A stretch of 64,000 bases of DNA from an uncultured virus (IMG/VR IMGVR_UViG_3300043256_000236) (IMGVR_UViG_3300043256_000236:1-64000), one strand, 5' to 3'. Positions 29,596 to 40,156 are shown, counted from the first letter of the stretch. Program-made: numbers and translations. The notes: generated from the letters alone by a model not told the origin.

Positions 29596-30141
29596 ATGAC
29601 TTGGGATACTGACCTAGTTTTGATGACGAGAGTCCTGATAAGCGACATCAATACTCCACAGACATACACGGATACATATTTGGAGCGAGTTCTCGTCACA
29701 GCAGGCATACTTGTTGATGCAGAAATGGTGTTCGTATATACTTATGTGTATGATATCAACGCAATTACCATAGTACCAGATCCAGTCGTTAGCGAAGATT
29801 CGGATTTTATGGCCCTGGTGCCATTAAAAGCAGCGTGTATTCTTACACAAGCAGAATTCAATAAGGCTCTGGGCCAAGGTATAAAGGTGCGAGACGGAGA
29901 CAGTGCTATAGATACAAGTGTGAGTTTTAGAGGGTACCGGGATATTCTGGAATTAGGTCCTTGCGCGGCATATGAGAAGCTTAAATGGACTATGTTGGCG
30001 TCTGGAAGTAATAGTGGAGGCGGTGTTGGCAAGGCAGTTCTTGGACCACATAGTAAGCCGGGGAGCATCGCTCTTAGTACCATCTCGTGGTATTACGATC
30101 AGTACGCAACGAATGCAACAGGTAGAAGAGATCGTTCTTAG
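29596..30141 (+). CDS. putative head-tail connector/adaptor
   Basis: RVLISD...YTD..L N-terminus; position after head genes. Confidence 0.5.
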   Translation: MTWDTDLVLMTRVLISDINTPQTYTDTYLERVLVTAGILVDAEMVFVYTYVYDINAITIVPDPVVSEDSDFMALVPLKAACILTQAEFNKALGQGIKVRDGDSAIDTSVSFRGYRDILELGPCAAYEKLKWTMLASGSNSGGGVGKAVLGPHSKPGSIALSTISWYYDQYATNATGRRDRS

Positions 30142-30207
30142 TATTATATCAATAAACTACATACAGTTGTGTTGAGATTGTGTCAGTTACATGGAATGGA
30201 AGAATGA

Positions 30208-31398
30208 ATGTCCATATTAAGATCTGATAATGTAATCTATTATCATCCATGCGATTCTGTTGTTGATTACAACAGTGTGGCATGGACTAATCCAAACTTG
30301 TGGGTTCCTACTGGTACATTTACAAGTGGGCTCATAGATAATTCTTATCACAATGGAGACATGGGGGTTGGCGGTGTTTACACCAACAGTAATGGAGCTA
30401 GTAGGATAACCGTTTGTTTTTGGACCTATGATCAACTTTCGCCAGCCAGGATAAATGTTGGTTTTGTTAATCATGCACCAGAGCAATATCAAATCATACA
30501 ACTAGATGCTGTCACAGACAGGGTGGTACTGTTCGCCGGAGGTAATACTGCAGATGTGGTCTGGAGTGGTGTCGTCACGCAGGGTTCAGGTTGGCATTTT
30601 CATGTTCTCGACATGGAGCGTGCTTGTGGTTCTTGGATCCTGAGGCATTCAAGGGATGGTTCCGACTGGACATCAGAACCAGCTGAGGTAGGTCCTGATC
30701 TTCATGGTATTCATAGTGATTCTCACATAGCTGGTGGGGACGTAACTACTACCAATGCTGTTGACGAAGTTGTTTTGTGGAGGAACGCAAGGCTGTTTAC
30801 TTCAGGAGAGTTATCAAATTTATATGAGCTATTCAATACACATGGAACCACTATGGACCAATACACTAATGTTTTCGGTATAACAGGTTTTACTGAACCA
30901 CTACCAGACACATATTCTGCCGTGTCATTATATATTACTGGTCCTTCAGGGGTTAACTGTGGAATCCCACTTTATATGCGATGCCCCGAAGCAGCCAGTG
31001 GTTCTTTTGATATTTCTATAAGAGGTATAATTCCTGCTACTCCATCGTCCGATCAGACAGGTAAACCGTTCGACTGGCTTATAAGAACATCAGATTACTA
31101 TCCACAGATAGTCGGTACCCTACTTGCTTCGTCTGGCGTCAACATACAAGTATGGGATACTACTGATGGCAACAATGTGTTGGTGGACGTAAGCAGTAGC
31201 GGTTGCTATGACATAGGGAATACTGGACGCTGGGGATGGTCTACCTCTGGTTTGCCACTGGCGCAGGGGCATGCCAGGCAATACTTCTATATGATGACGT
31301 CTGACGCGGGTGAGAAGTTCGATGGACAGTTTGTTATGGATATTCCAGAAAGAGCGAAGTGGATACATCCAGACAATCAAAATGATTACATATTATAG
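30208..31398 (+). CDS. LamG/ConA-like virion protein with shared C-terminal domain
   Basis: ITVCFW, GWHFHV, VDEVVLW...LFTSGELSNLY; GCYDIGNTGRWGWST. Confidence 0.65.
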   Translation: MSILRSDNVIYYHPCDSVVDYNSVAWTNPNLWVPTGTFTSGLIDNSYHNGDMGVGGVYTNSNGASRITVCFWTYDQLSPARINVGFVNHAPEQYQIIQLDAVTDRVVLFAGGNTADVVWSGVVTQGSGWHFHVLDMERACGSWILRHSRDGSDWTSEPAEVGPDLHGIHSDSHIAGGDVTTTNAVDEVVLWRNARLFTSGELSNLYELFNTHGTTMDQYTNVFGITGFTEPLPDTYSAVSLYITGPSGVNCGIPLYMRCPEAASGSFDISIRGIIPATPSSDQTGKPFDWLIRTSDYYPQIVGTLLASSGVNIQVWDTTDGNNVLVDVSSSGCYDIGNTGRWGWSTSGLPLAQGHARQYFYMMTSDAGEKFDGQFVMDIPERAKWIHPDNQNDYIL

Positions 31399-31437
31399 TT
31401 GTTAATGTATTTTTGTTCGACAGAAGGAGTTAATTTT

Positions 31438-31692
31438 ATGCCTTTGACACATGGAAAAATTTTCGCTATAAACCAATTCGTGGATGGGTACGCTGATGAA
31501 GTGGATCCTCACATACACCACAAAGGACTTAATGATTACATTAATACTCTGGTGGATGCCAGAGAGGATGTGCTAGCCTTAATTCGTATCAACGAAGATA
31601 TAGCTGATGGGAATGTTGATATGATACTAGTAAAGGCCAAGCTAAGAATTAGGAATGCAGTCACACAATTGTTGGAGTTGATACCAGAATGA
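31438..31692 (+). CDS. hypothetical protein
   Basis: AAGGAG RBS before ATG31438. Confidence 0.55.
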   Translation: MPLTHGKIFAINQFVDGYADEVDPHIHHKGLNDYINTLVDAREDVLALIRINEDIADGNVDMILVKAKLRIRNAVTQLLELIPE

Positions 31693-31961
31693 AGATAACT
31701 ATAGAACCAGAACAAGGTGACACGAACGATGTGGTTGTGTTAAAAGGTGTATATCAATTTTCTTTGTACGGATGCCTAAAGAGCGAGTGTATACTGAAAG
31801 ATATTTTTAGGATGAGTGTCGTTGACGATCCAAACGAATTATTGGGGCTGTTACGGATGACGGAGTTAGACATAACAGACTTTAAGATAAATAAGAATAA
31901 TTCACAGGATAAAGGTTGCAATAAAGCGAACGATCCAGCACACCTTAAAAATACTTCTTAG
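31689..31961 (+). CDS. hypothetical protein
   Basis: ATGA overlap. Confidence 0.5.
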   Translation: MKITIEPEQGDTNDVVVLKGVYQFSLYGCLKSECILKDIFRMSVVDDPNELLGLLRMTELDITDFKINKNNSQDKGCNKANDPAHLKNTS

Positions 31962-31987
31962 TGGTAAAGTAATAAAAGAGGTGTGTC

Positions 31988-34900
31988 ATGTCCTTAATAC
32001 CAAATGATGGTAGATTACTGTGGGCAGGCACAGACGCAACCATTCCTTCTGGTTGGTTGCGAGATACATCTTTTGACGGCAAACAACTTCAAGGAGGCGG
32101 TTCTGGCTTTACCAGTCCAGGTAATGGGGGAGGTGCGTCTCATGATCATGTTATGCCAGCGCATACTCATGGTGGAAGTTCCCATAGTCATTCAGTTACT
32201 AGTAGCACCTATACACAAGTAGGATTTGCAACGGTTAATGGTTCGGTTCTTCCAACTATATGGAGTCCAGCTGCAAAGCAGGCTCATTTTCACAGCAGAC
32301 AATCGTCCGTTACTGCTACACTCGCTTATCTAGATAGTGCTGCCATAACATTGTCAACCGAGAGTCACGGCGCTCCTTCTGTTCAACCAGTTTTAATTAA
32401 GCCTACTGGAGCGACGAGTCCACAATACATCCCCAGTGGAACAAATCTATTTACAGACGAACCCACCCCTCAAGTTGGATTTGCGGTTGATATCGCATTC
32501 AGTGGCTATTTCGTTTCTATAATGACTGGGGGGAATGACGCATCTACAACTGGTATTTATAGCGATACTCATCAACACACGACAAGTGGTCACAGTCATG
32601 CATTCCCCACACACACACACGGTTCCATAACGGGTACTGCTGCAAACCCTAGGCAAGAAATTACTGCAAGTTCACCCTCACCTCCAAAATCATATATAAC
32701 CCGTAGTCATCATAGGTGGCTTCTGAACAGTGCTAATGCCGGTATAGCATCCATTGAATCTCCTGGTTCAGATGCAGTTGCAAATGATCCTTTGTATACT
32801 AGATTATTGGCAATACGAAATACAGATGGCGACATAGAGCCGCCCAGTGGCGTTGTGATTATGTTTGTTGGGGATGTTGGTGACATTCCTGATGGCTGGA
32901 CATTAATGGATGGTACTCTCGGTAGTTTGGTTAGTTGTATAGACAGACAAGTAAAATGTACTAGCGATTCCAGTGAGATAGGTGACACGGGGGGATCTAA
33001 CGAGCATACACACGTCATGGCACACGTGCACAGTATGGTTACTAGTCATAATCACGCGATAGCCGTATCTTATATAGGCACAACTTTGTATGCAGATGCT
33101 GGTTTTACTCCCATATTGAATAATGCTATACATGCACACTCCTGGACTGTGACCAGTACTACTCCTCCGGATTCCGACAATAATAATGCCGTGACCGACG
33201 CTAGTGATATAAGGGTAGACTACAGAACTATATTATACATCAAGAAAGTACCCCTATCCACAGAAGCTGTAGAGTACTTTGACGATACGCTATTGTACAT
33301 AAAAGGCCATATGCCCTATTCTGGAGATGTGTCGCTATTCGTAGGAGGAGATACCACTAGTTCTGGTAATGTTGAGTTATACATAGGAGGTCGCAAGACA
33401 CAAGAAGCATCTGGTAGTTTGTTCATATCTTCTTTTGATGAGACAACGGGAAACACACCCCTATTTGCAACTGGATACGCAGAGTCGTCAAGTAATGTTG
33501 ATCTATTTGTCCATGGATTATCTGATGCATCAGGACAAATATCCCTGTATATTTCAGGGCCAGAAACGGTATCTGGAAATGTTAACTTATACACAGAGTC
33601 ATTTGATACCACGGTTGATAATTGTAGTTTATTCATGTATGGAGGACACGATCTCTGGTTGTTCACGCTTGGTGGGACATGGGCAGACTCTGGTGTGCAC
33701 TTATACTTATCTGGCAGTGGTGCTGTTGGTTCTATAAACCATACTGTTGATACATATCTACAAGGTAAAGATGGCACTAATTCATCAATAGGTTTATATT
33801 TGTCTGGAAAAGATGAAATTAACTTATCTGTAAATTTGTATGAGTATGGATTTGCTAATGAATCAAACAATTGCAGCTTATTTATATATGGAGGATATGA
33901 TCTCTGGCTATTCATAGAAGGGATATCTAGTGTCGCAAATTCCCTAAATGACACAATCGATTTGTATATCTCAGGTAGAGATGAAACTAATGCATCGGTA
34001 GATTTGTATGTATCAGGTCGTGATGCAACGAATTCATCTGTAGACTTATATCTGTATGGTAAAGATACAGATGATTCATCTATAGATTTATACATCTCTG
34101 GTAGAAATGAAACTAATGCCTCAACAGATTTGTACATATTAGGTAATGATGCAACCAGTTTATCCATAGACTTATATTTATTGGGACACAATGATGTCAA
34201 TTCATCAGAAGATTTTTATCTTTCAGGCCAAGACAGCGTTAATACATCTGTGGATTTATTCGTCAGCGGATCTATCACTGGTTCGTCATGGACCCAGTAT
34301 TCAGGTAGTACGGCACTGTATCTAGGCGGGCATGGCTCTATATCTGGTGAACGCTCTCTATTCGTAGATGGGTACGTTGCTTTCTATAATGATATTTCAT
34401 TGTCTATCAATGGTTATCTCGACGCCAGTGGTAACATAGATTTATTCATCTTGAGTCACGAAGATAGTACCTATGAAACTGATTTATACGTACGCGGCAA
34501 CAACAATAGCAGTGGTTCTGTAGATTTATTCACCAATGGGTCAGTTGCTGAGTCAGGACAAGTATCGTTATTCATAAACGGATCCGCAAACATTACCAGT
34601 TCTGTCGACGTTTATCTGCAGGGATATGCGTTGTTTTCTGGTGACGTACCACTTTATATAAACGGACACATCAACGCAAGCAGTGATGTTGACTTATTCA
34701 TACCTAGTATAGATACAGTAGTCGGAAATATAGCTTTATTTATAGGTGGATATGGAACCAATCTTAGCAATATATCACTATATATAATTGGACATATGTT
34801 TTCGTCTGGCAACACTCCATGCGTCATAGGAGGACTAGACTCATCTTCTTACGATCAGACATTGTTCATAGAAGGATCCCTTGCGGTATCTGGTGGTATT

Positions 34901-35557
34901 AGCCTATACATTGGTGGCAGTGTATCAACCGATAGAAGCGTATCGCTATACGTAGCGGGATCTGGGATCTCTTTCGAAACAAATACCATGTCTCTCTTAA
35001 TAAATGGATTAATATCTAGAGAGTCGGTTACGTGTCCAACCTTAGACCCAACGGCATCAGTTCAAATATCAGACAGAATAATTAATATTTACAAAAACAG
35101 CATAGATGCCCTAATAAACCAGTTAGGGAAAAATACGACATTAATTTTCCAGCCACAGATTGTGTCGTGTCCTAATTGCTCATACGATGCTCAAGGGAAG
35201 ATATCTACTGGGGTGTATAATATAGGTGGACCGAGACCTTTTGCGAGGGGGAGACAATGTCCGTATTGTAAAGGGGCCGGAACATTAAAGACAGAATCTG
35301 AACAATGTATAAAGTGTCTTGTTAAATGGAGTCCCAGGGACCTTGAAAATTATGGAATTTCGATAGAAAATACGGATAATGTAGTTAGGCTTAAAACATA
35401 CATAACCCATATGGATGACCTTATGAGGGCTGACAACGCTATTGTATTGCGGGATTCTATCGGGATTGCCAAACTTAAGACACGTAGAATTATACCACCA
35501 GTCCCTGTTGGATTACGTTATGATAGATATTGTATTAGTTTTTGGGAATTAATTTAG
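31988..35557 (+). CDS. fibre protein: collar-like/HxH modules, 14-aa repeat stalk, C-terminal neck-protein-like Zn domain
   Basis: IPSGW and IPDGWTLMDG collar motifs; many HxH; about 40 'S.DLYI.G' repeats; C-terminus paralogous to 36986. Confidence 0.7.
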   Translation: MSLIPNDGRLLWAGTDATIPSGWLRDTSFDGKQLQGGGSGFTSPGNGGGASHDHVMPAHTHGGSSHSHSVTSSTYTQVGFATVNGSVLPTIWSPAAKQAHFHSRQSSVTATLAYLDSAAITLSTESHGAPSVQPVLIKPTGATSPQYIPSGTNLFTDEPTPQVGFAVDIAFSGYFVSIMTGGNDASTTGIYSDTHQHTTSGHSHAFPTHTHGSITGTAANPRQEITASSPSPPKSYITRSHHRWLLNSANAGIASIESPGSDAVANDPLYTRLLAIRNTDGDIEPPSGVVIMFVGDVGDIPDGWTLMDGTLGSLVSCIDRQVKCTSDSSEIGDTGGSNEHTHVMAHVHSMVTSHNHAIAVSYIGTTLYADAGFTPILNNAIHAHSWTVTSTTPPDSDNNNAVTDASDIRVDYRTILYIKKVPLSTEAVEYFDDTLLYIKGHMPYSGDVSLFVGGDTTSSGNVELYIGGRKTQEASGSLFISSFDETTGNTPLFATGYAESSSNVDLFVHGLSDASGQISLYISGPETVSGNVNLYTESFDTTVDNCSLFMYGGHDLWLFTLGGTWADSGVHLYLSGSGAVGSINHTVDTYLQGKDGTNSSIGLYLSGKDEINLSVNLYEYGFANESNNCSLFIYGGYDLWLFIEGISSVANSLNDTIDLYISGRDETNASVDLYVSGRDATNSSVDLYLYGKDTDDSSIDLYISGRNETNASTDLYILGNDATSLSIDLYLLGHNDVNSSEDFYLSGQDSVNTSVDLFVSGSITGSSWTQYSGSTALYLGGHGSISGERSLFVDGYVAFYNDISLSINGYLDASGNIDLFILSHEDSTYETDLYVRGNNNSSGSVDLFTNGSVAESGQVSLFINGSANITSSVDVYLQGYALFSGDVPLYINGHINASSDVDLFIPSIDTVVGNIALFIGGYGTNLSNISLYIIGHMFSSGNTPCVIGGLDSSSYDQTLFIEGSLAVSGGISLYIGGSVSTDRSVSLYVAGSGISFETNTMSLLINGLISRESVTCPTLDPTASVQISDRIINIYKNSIDALINQLGKNTTLIFQPQIVSCPNCSYDAQGKISTGVYNIGGPRPFARGRQCPYCKGAGTLKTESEQCIKCLVKWSPRDLENYGISIENTDNVVRLKTYITHMDDLMRADNAIVLRDSIGIAKLKTRRIIPPVPVGLRYDRYCISFWELI
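33959..34270 (+). repeat. 42-nt/14-aa tandem coding repeat (core of the fibre stalk)
   Basis: DLYISGRDETNASV/DLYVSGRDATNSSV/DLYLYGKDTDDSSI/DLYISGRNETNAST... Confidence 0.75.
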
Positions 35558-35574
35558 TTTTGACGAGGTGAACG

Positions 35575-36063
35575 ATGGCGTCTAAAGTTTACGTAGCACG
35601 TGAGGTTACAATAGTGTGGACCGACACTACCGGGGATTTGGGTTTAACTCTAAATAATCTTGCTGCAGGGGTTGCCAGAATAGGGGCTCAAAAGGACTGG
35701 GGAGCAGGTTCAACTGCAGAATGGTATGAGTGGAGACTTACTATTCAATTTGCCACAGCTCCAGTAATAGGTGAAACCGTTGACGTCTACTTGTCGACAT
35801 CTGATGGAACAGAAGAGGATGGACAAGAAGGTATAATAGATGCTGTCCTTGGTGGAACTGATTCGTTAAAAAATATGCATTTTATTGGTAGTTTGGTAGT
35901 AACAAGTACTGATGCGGATCATAGTATGACAGTAAGCGGTATGTGTCGCATAAATACCAGATATGTTTCAGTAGTAATACATAATAATACCGCAGACAAC
36001 CTGAAAGCCTCCAATAATATAAGTAAATTAACCCTCACACCATCGCCTCCAGAGGTACAGTAA
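35575..36063 (+). CDS. virion beta-sandwich protein
   Basis: Beta-rich, Thr/Ala-rich; structural operon. Confidence 0.55.
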   Translation: MASKVYVAREVTIVWTDTTGDLGLTLNNLAAGVARIGAQKDWGAGSTAEWYEWRLTIQFATAPVIGETVDVYLSTSDGTEEDGQEGIIDAVLGGTDSLKNMHFIGSLVVTSTDADHSMTVSGMCRINTRYVSVVIHNNTADNLKASNNISKLTLTPSPPEVQ

Positions 36064-36986
36064 TGAATAGAATCGTCCCAGGATATTCGCAGGGCTTTGC
36101 CAGATCGTCAAGTGAATCTCAATCACCAGAATTATGGGATGGTTTGGTTGGAGCATGGGTTCCTGGCTTAGGAGTAACCGGAGATACACTGTTCGACTGG
36201 AGCGGTAAGCGACGTCACGGGATTTTTGGCGGAACTAAGGGCGGTGAGTATTTTACCTGGGGAATGAATCAAGGGGGTTATTCGCTACTTGGACCTGCAC
36301 CTGTAGGGAATGGGGCTCTTGCTAACATCGCAATTGGTGATTGGGTTATCCCAACTGGACGCATATCAATAGTGGCTCGTGTGTCTAAGATCACAGGTGC
36401 GAGCCCCACTGATAGACGAATTATTTCTCGTGCAAGTAGCACTACCAGTGATGATCATGACTGGATGATTGGCAGTGTCGGATCCCAAGCAACTCAGTTC
36501 CGATCTCGTTTTTTTATAGATGGGACAACGCACACAGATATATCAGATGGTATCGTATTCGATAATGATCATAATCGATTTTTAGCAGCGACATATGATG
36601 GGGCCAATGTACACCACTATCACTACAGGCAAGGTGCGTCCTCCGATTCCACTCCTGTCGTTCACAAACAATGGGCAACAACAGGGGATTTGATTGACAC
36701 AGACAGAGGGCCTCAAACTGTAGAGATAGGCAGAAACCCCGGAGGCACGCCCTATGGTAACTGGGAAGGTTTAATTTACTTTGTTTATGTTTACGATCGT
36801 GCCTTATCTCCAGGTGAAATAGACTCGCTATTCAGTGATAATTATGCACCTTTCAGAATGCGTAGACAACTTGTCGCTCGTGGCATAGGAAGTACAGGTA
36901 TAAATGCAGCTATGGATACAGTTGTGGTGGGACATAAACTCTTTGCTACTAGTTGGCACCCCAACACATGGAAAGGGAGACCATAA
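36063..36986 (+). CDS. LamG/ConA-like domain virion protein
   Basis: GLVGAW....G.TLFDWSG, ATYDG, VYVYDRALSPGEI. Confidence 0.75.
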   Translation: MNRIVPGYSQGFARSSSESQSPELWDGLVGAWVPGLGVTGDTLFDWSGKRRHGIFGGTKGGEYFTWGMNQGGYSLLGPAPVGNGALANIAIGDWVIPTGRISIVARVSKITGASPTDRRIISRASSTTSDDHDWMIGSVGSQATQFRSRFFIDGTTHTDISDGIVFDNDHNRFLAATYDGANVHHYHYRQGASSDSTPVVHKQWATTGDLIDTDRGPQTVEIGRNPGGTPYGNWEGLIYFVYVYDRALSPGEIDSLFSDNYAPFRMRRQLVARGIGSTGINAAMDTVVVGHKLFATSWHPNTWKGRP

Positions 36987-38671
36987 TGACCCCTCTTGCT
37001 AGTTCGTGTAACTTATTTACCAATGGATACGAACCTAGACCAACTCTGTCGTGTCCAACACTAGACCCATCAGCATCTATACAGATAACAGATACGTTGA
37101 TAGGTGTTTATCAGTCCAGAATAGATGCAGTAATAAATCAGTTGGGCAAAAGTGTGTTACTTGATTTTGATCCGAACAGGGAGGACTGCCCAAATTGTTG
37201 GACTTCTGGGGCAATGATTTCTACACCAAACGGACCGCAACAAATACAGGATATTAAACCCGGAGACTATGTTTTTTCTCCTAGTGGTAATATCCGTAAG
37301 GTTAATGGTGTATTTACCTCACAGTATAGTGGGAGATTATTCAATATTAAATGTTATGGGATAAGTGCTCCGGAATACATGACAGCAGATCACAAATTGC
37401 CCGTTGTTCGAAAAATGAGATCCTTATATACGCAACATCAATGGGTTGATCACGACTATATCCTAGCCAATCCATGTGTCGAGTTAGTTAAGACAAAAGA
37501 TATAGAGATAGGTGACGCTTTAATTATGCCAAATGTTCCGCATAATGACAATGATCTAAAAACAATTTATATAGATGGATTTGGAGATATTGATTGTACT
37601 GATGATCTTTTGAATTTTCTTGGTTGGTGGTTGGCGGAAGGATGTATCCATAAATCTGAATATCCACGAGAAATAAATTTTTGCCTATGTGCTTCAAAAG
37701 AAAATGAAATAGCAGATTATTTAATAAATATTGGGAGAAAAATATTTGATTTAAAGGGCACAAAAACATTCAGAACCAATGCTGATAATCTATTGGTGAA
37801 TTTCTATTCCACTAAATTAACAAAATTTTTGATGAAATTTGGGTTATGTGCGTGGAATAAATCTATTCCAAATAATTTGTTTACAAAACTATCTCAAAGA
37901 CAACTTCGTATTTTATTCGATGCATATAGAAATGGTGATGGGAATATTTATACAAATTCAGAATTTTCAATTTATAATCGTTATTCAATAATTACTACTA
38001 GTAAAATTTTAGCATTTCAAATATTTGAATGTTTAACACGAGATAATTTGATACCATCTATCTGTTATAAAAAAGGCAGAACTACTATGGATGGAGTCAA
38101 ACATAGAGAATTTTGGGTAGTAGTTTGGTTACCAGATAGGAAACAACAAAAAAGTTGTGTCAGGGAAAGTAATATTGGACAACTCTCAATGGTAAGAAAT
38201 ATAGAACAAATAGAGTCTACCATCATTGTATATAATATTGATGTAGATGTAGACCACCAATACGTAGTTAACGGCATAGCTTCTCAAAATTGTAACTTTG
38301 ACATGATTAGAGGAAGATCACGCAACGTATATACACCTGGTGGGCCAAGACCTTTTACACTAGGTCGTCAGTGCCCCTATTGTAAGGGTAACGGATTTCT
38401 AGAAACCCCAGTTCAGAAGTGTATCAGGTGTTTAATACGCTGGAATCCAAAGGATGCTATCGATTACGGCATCTCTATTAGTCGCGGAACAAATGTAGTA
38501 CGATTTAAGACATATCTATACAACTATCCTGATTTGGTACGAGCTAAATTTGCTATATCTAATTACGCTAGCCAAGATATAGCTAAATTAAAAGTTCGAA
38601 GAATAAAGGATCCAATCATAACAGGATTGAGAGATGACAGGTATTGTATTAGTTTTTGGGAAACCATATAG
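36986..38671 (+). CDS. putative head-closure/neck protein (CxxC...CxxC) interrupted by an intein
   Basis: Exteins align to the C-terminal domain of 31988; TAATG-coupled start. Confidence 0.7.
   Translation: MTPLASSCNLFTNGYEPRPTLSCPTLDPSASIQITDTLIGVYQSRIDAVINQLGKSVLLDFDPNREDCPNCWTSGAMISTPNGPQQIQDIKPGDYVFSPSGNIRKVNGVFTSQYSGRLFNIKCYGISAPEYMTADHKLPVVRKMRSLYTQHQWVDHDYILANPCVELVKTKDIEIGDALIMPNVPHNDNDLKTIYIDGFGDIDCTDDLLNFLGWWLAEGCIHKSEYPREINFCLCASKENEIADYLINIGRKIFDLKGTKTFRTNADNLLVNFYSTKLTKFLMKFGLCAWNKSIPNNLFTKLSQRQLRILFDAYRNGDGNIYTNSEFSIYNRYSIITTSKILAFQIFECLTRDNLIPSICYKKGRTTMDGVKHREFWVVVWLPDRKQQKSCVRESNIGQLSMVRNIEQIESTIIVYNIDVDVDHQYVVNGIASQNCNFDMIRGRSRNVYTPGGPRPFTLGRQCPYCKGNGFLETPVQKCIRCLIRWNPKDAIDYGISISRGTNVVRFKTYLYNYPDLVRAKFAISNYASQDIAKLKVRRIKDPIITGLRDDRYCISFWETI
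37196..38290 (+). mobile_element. intein (365 aa) with LAGLIDADG endonuclease
   Basis: CPN|CWTSGAMI...block B TADH...LGWWLAEG, AYRNGDG...VYNIDV...IASQN|C. Confidence 0.88.
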
Positions 38672-39370
38672 ATGTCAAAAATAAAATTTACAATAGAGAC
38701 TACGAAACAAACCCTCTCCCAATTAGCAAAGGGCGTAAGGAGAGAAGGTTCTAGATTATGGGGACGTGCTGCTATAGTGAATGGCCCTGCAGTCAGTTTG
38801 GGGATAGGAACAATGCTTGTCAAAAAATTTGAGAGCACTGCTGTGGCAAAATCTTTGCGTGGACAAGGTTCCGAAGATCTACCAGCTCATTTCGGATTGA
38901 GTGACGGTATGGCTAGTGCCTTGGTCGACGGCATGGGTGAATTGATTAGATCATCTGTGCAAATTATTAGTAAAAGAGACGGTCATTCAGTTTATCTTAG
39001 GATACGGGCTGTATCAACTGACTGGAACGAATATCTTTCTTTGCCTGGTGCTCAGTATATATCCAGTCCATCAAATATCACGATTCCAGTAGCAAAATGG
39101 CTGCTGATTGATCCAAGTATAGATATAGGACAAGCGGCATACGATATAGTATTTAAGGGAGAGGACTCAAAAGTAGACGCCCAGATAGAGAAAGTATCTC
39201 GCAGTGGACGAGCAATCATGGTGTCTTTGGAGAAACTCGGTGGCAGTGGTGGCTATGTTTTACCCAGCATAGTCTCTGGTCAGGCTGGTCAGAACTTTAT
39301 CGAATACACCTTGGGGCAAAAAGGGGTAGCGATAGAGGCTGCTAATATACTAATGAAAAAGGTGGGATAA
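38672..39370 (+). CDS. putative neck/tail-completion protein
   Basis: Position between head closure and tail terminator. Confidence 0.45.
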   Translation: MSKIKFTIETTKQTLSQLAKGVRREGSRLWGRAAIVNGPAVSLGIGTMLVKKFESTAVAKSLRGQGSEDLPAHFGLSDGMASALVDGMGELIRSSVQIISKRDGHSVYLRIRAVSTDWNEYLSLPGAQYISSPSNITIPVAKWLLIDPSIDIGQAAYDIVFKGEDSKVDAQIEKVSRSGRAIMVSLEKLGGSGGYVLPSIVSGQAGQNFIEYTLGQKGVAIEAANILMKKVG

Positions 39371-40156
39371 ATGGATATTAAAGATTTCCTTATTGAGGTG
39401 AGACAGGGTAATATTCCTGGGTACTCGATAGAGCACAAATTTGGTCGCAACGACAATATCCAAAACGGTATTTGGGGGTTAGTATCTCCAATCGGTGGTT
39501 CTGGAGTATTTAGAACATCCGCAATTCAAATGAGAGTCAAATCAGGAGGCAGTGTTGATGACACCGTAGATGGCGATGGCGCTCGCGGGATTACTGTTAT
39601 TGGTATTGATTCATCACTGACAGAGATATCTGAAACAATCGTCACATCTGGCGCAGGTGTTAGTTTGCCTACTACTGCTAGATTCTGGAGAGTATATCGT
39701 TCCTATGTAGCTGATGGTGCAGTTGGTACATATGGTGGAAGCAATGTAGGTAATATTATCATAGAAGACTCTGGGGGTGCGGATAATATAATACAGATAT
39801 CAGAAGACGAAGGACAATCACAGCATGGTGCATATTCCATTCCTGCTGGAAGAACTGGATATCTTTTAACCGTACACCTAACAACAGATGCTTCAAAAGC
39901 TGCTGATTTTAGGTTATTTACTCGCGAAGACTTTACTAATGTGTTATCGTCGATGTCTCCAAAGAGACTAAGACTTTACTGGGATGGTATACTAGGACAC
40001 GTCGATGCATATATTCCTCACTCTCCAGGTATATCACTACCTGCCTTAACTGATGTTTGGATAGAAGCGGAAGGTGGAGGAGCGAACACTGAAGTATCGG
40101 TGGATTTCGAAATTTTATTAGTAGACAATCCTGTGTCACATATCAAACGTATCTAG
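39371..40156 (+). CDS. virion structural protein
   Basis: HKFGRN, GARGITVIGID, YSIPAG.TGYL; beta-rich phage protein. Confidence 0.55.
   Translation: MDIKDFLIEVRQGNIPGYSIEHKFGRNDNIQNGIWGLVSPIGGSGVFRTSAIQMRVKSGGSVDDTVDGDGARGITVIGIDSSLTEISETIVTSGAGVSLPTTARFWRVYRSYVADGAVGTYGGSNVGNIIIEDSGGADNIIQISEDEGQSQHGAYSIPAGRTGYLLTVHLTTDASKAADFRLFTREDFTNVLSSMSPKRLRLYWDGILGHVDAYIPHSPGISLPALTDVWIEAEGGGANTEVSVDFEILLVDNPVSHIKRI

Noticed and set aside
33316..34200. 294-aa minus-strand ORF and similar antisense ORFs (e.g. 24675-25253, 54972-55523, 56454-56972)
   Set aside because: They are shadows of plus-strand genes, with no RBS or motifs of their own.
36940..36990. Frameshift fusion of the LamG gene 36063 to the neck gene
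   Set aside because: Ordinary TAATG translational coupling with a GGGAGA RBS; no slippery site seen.
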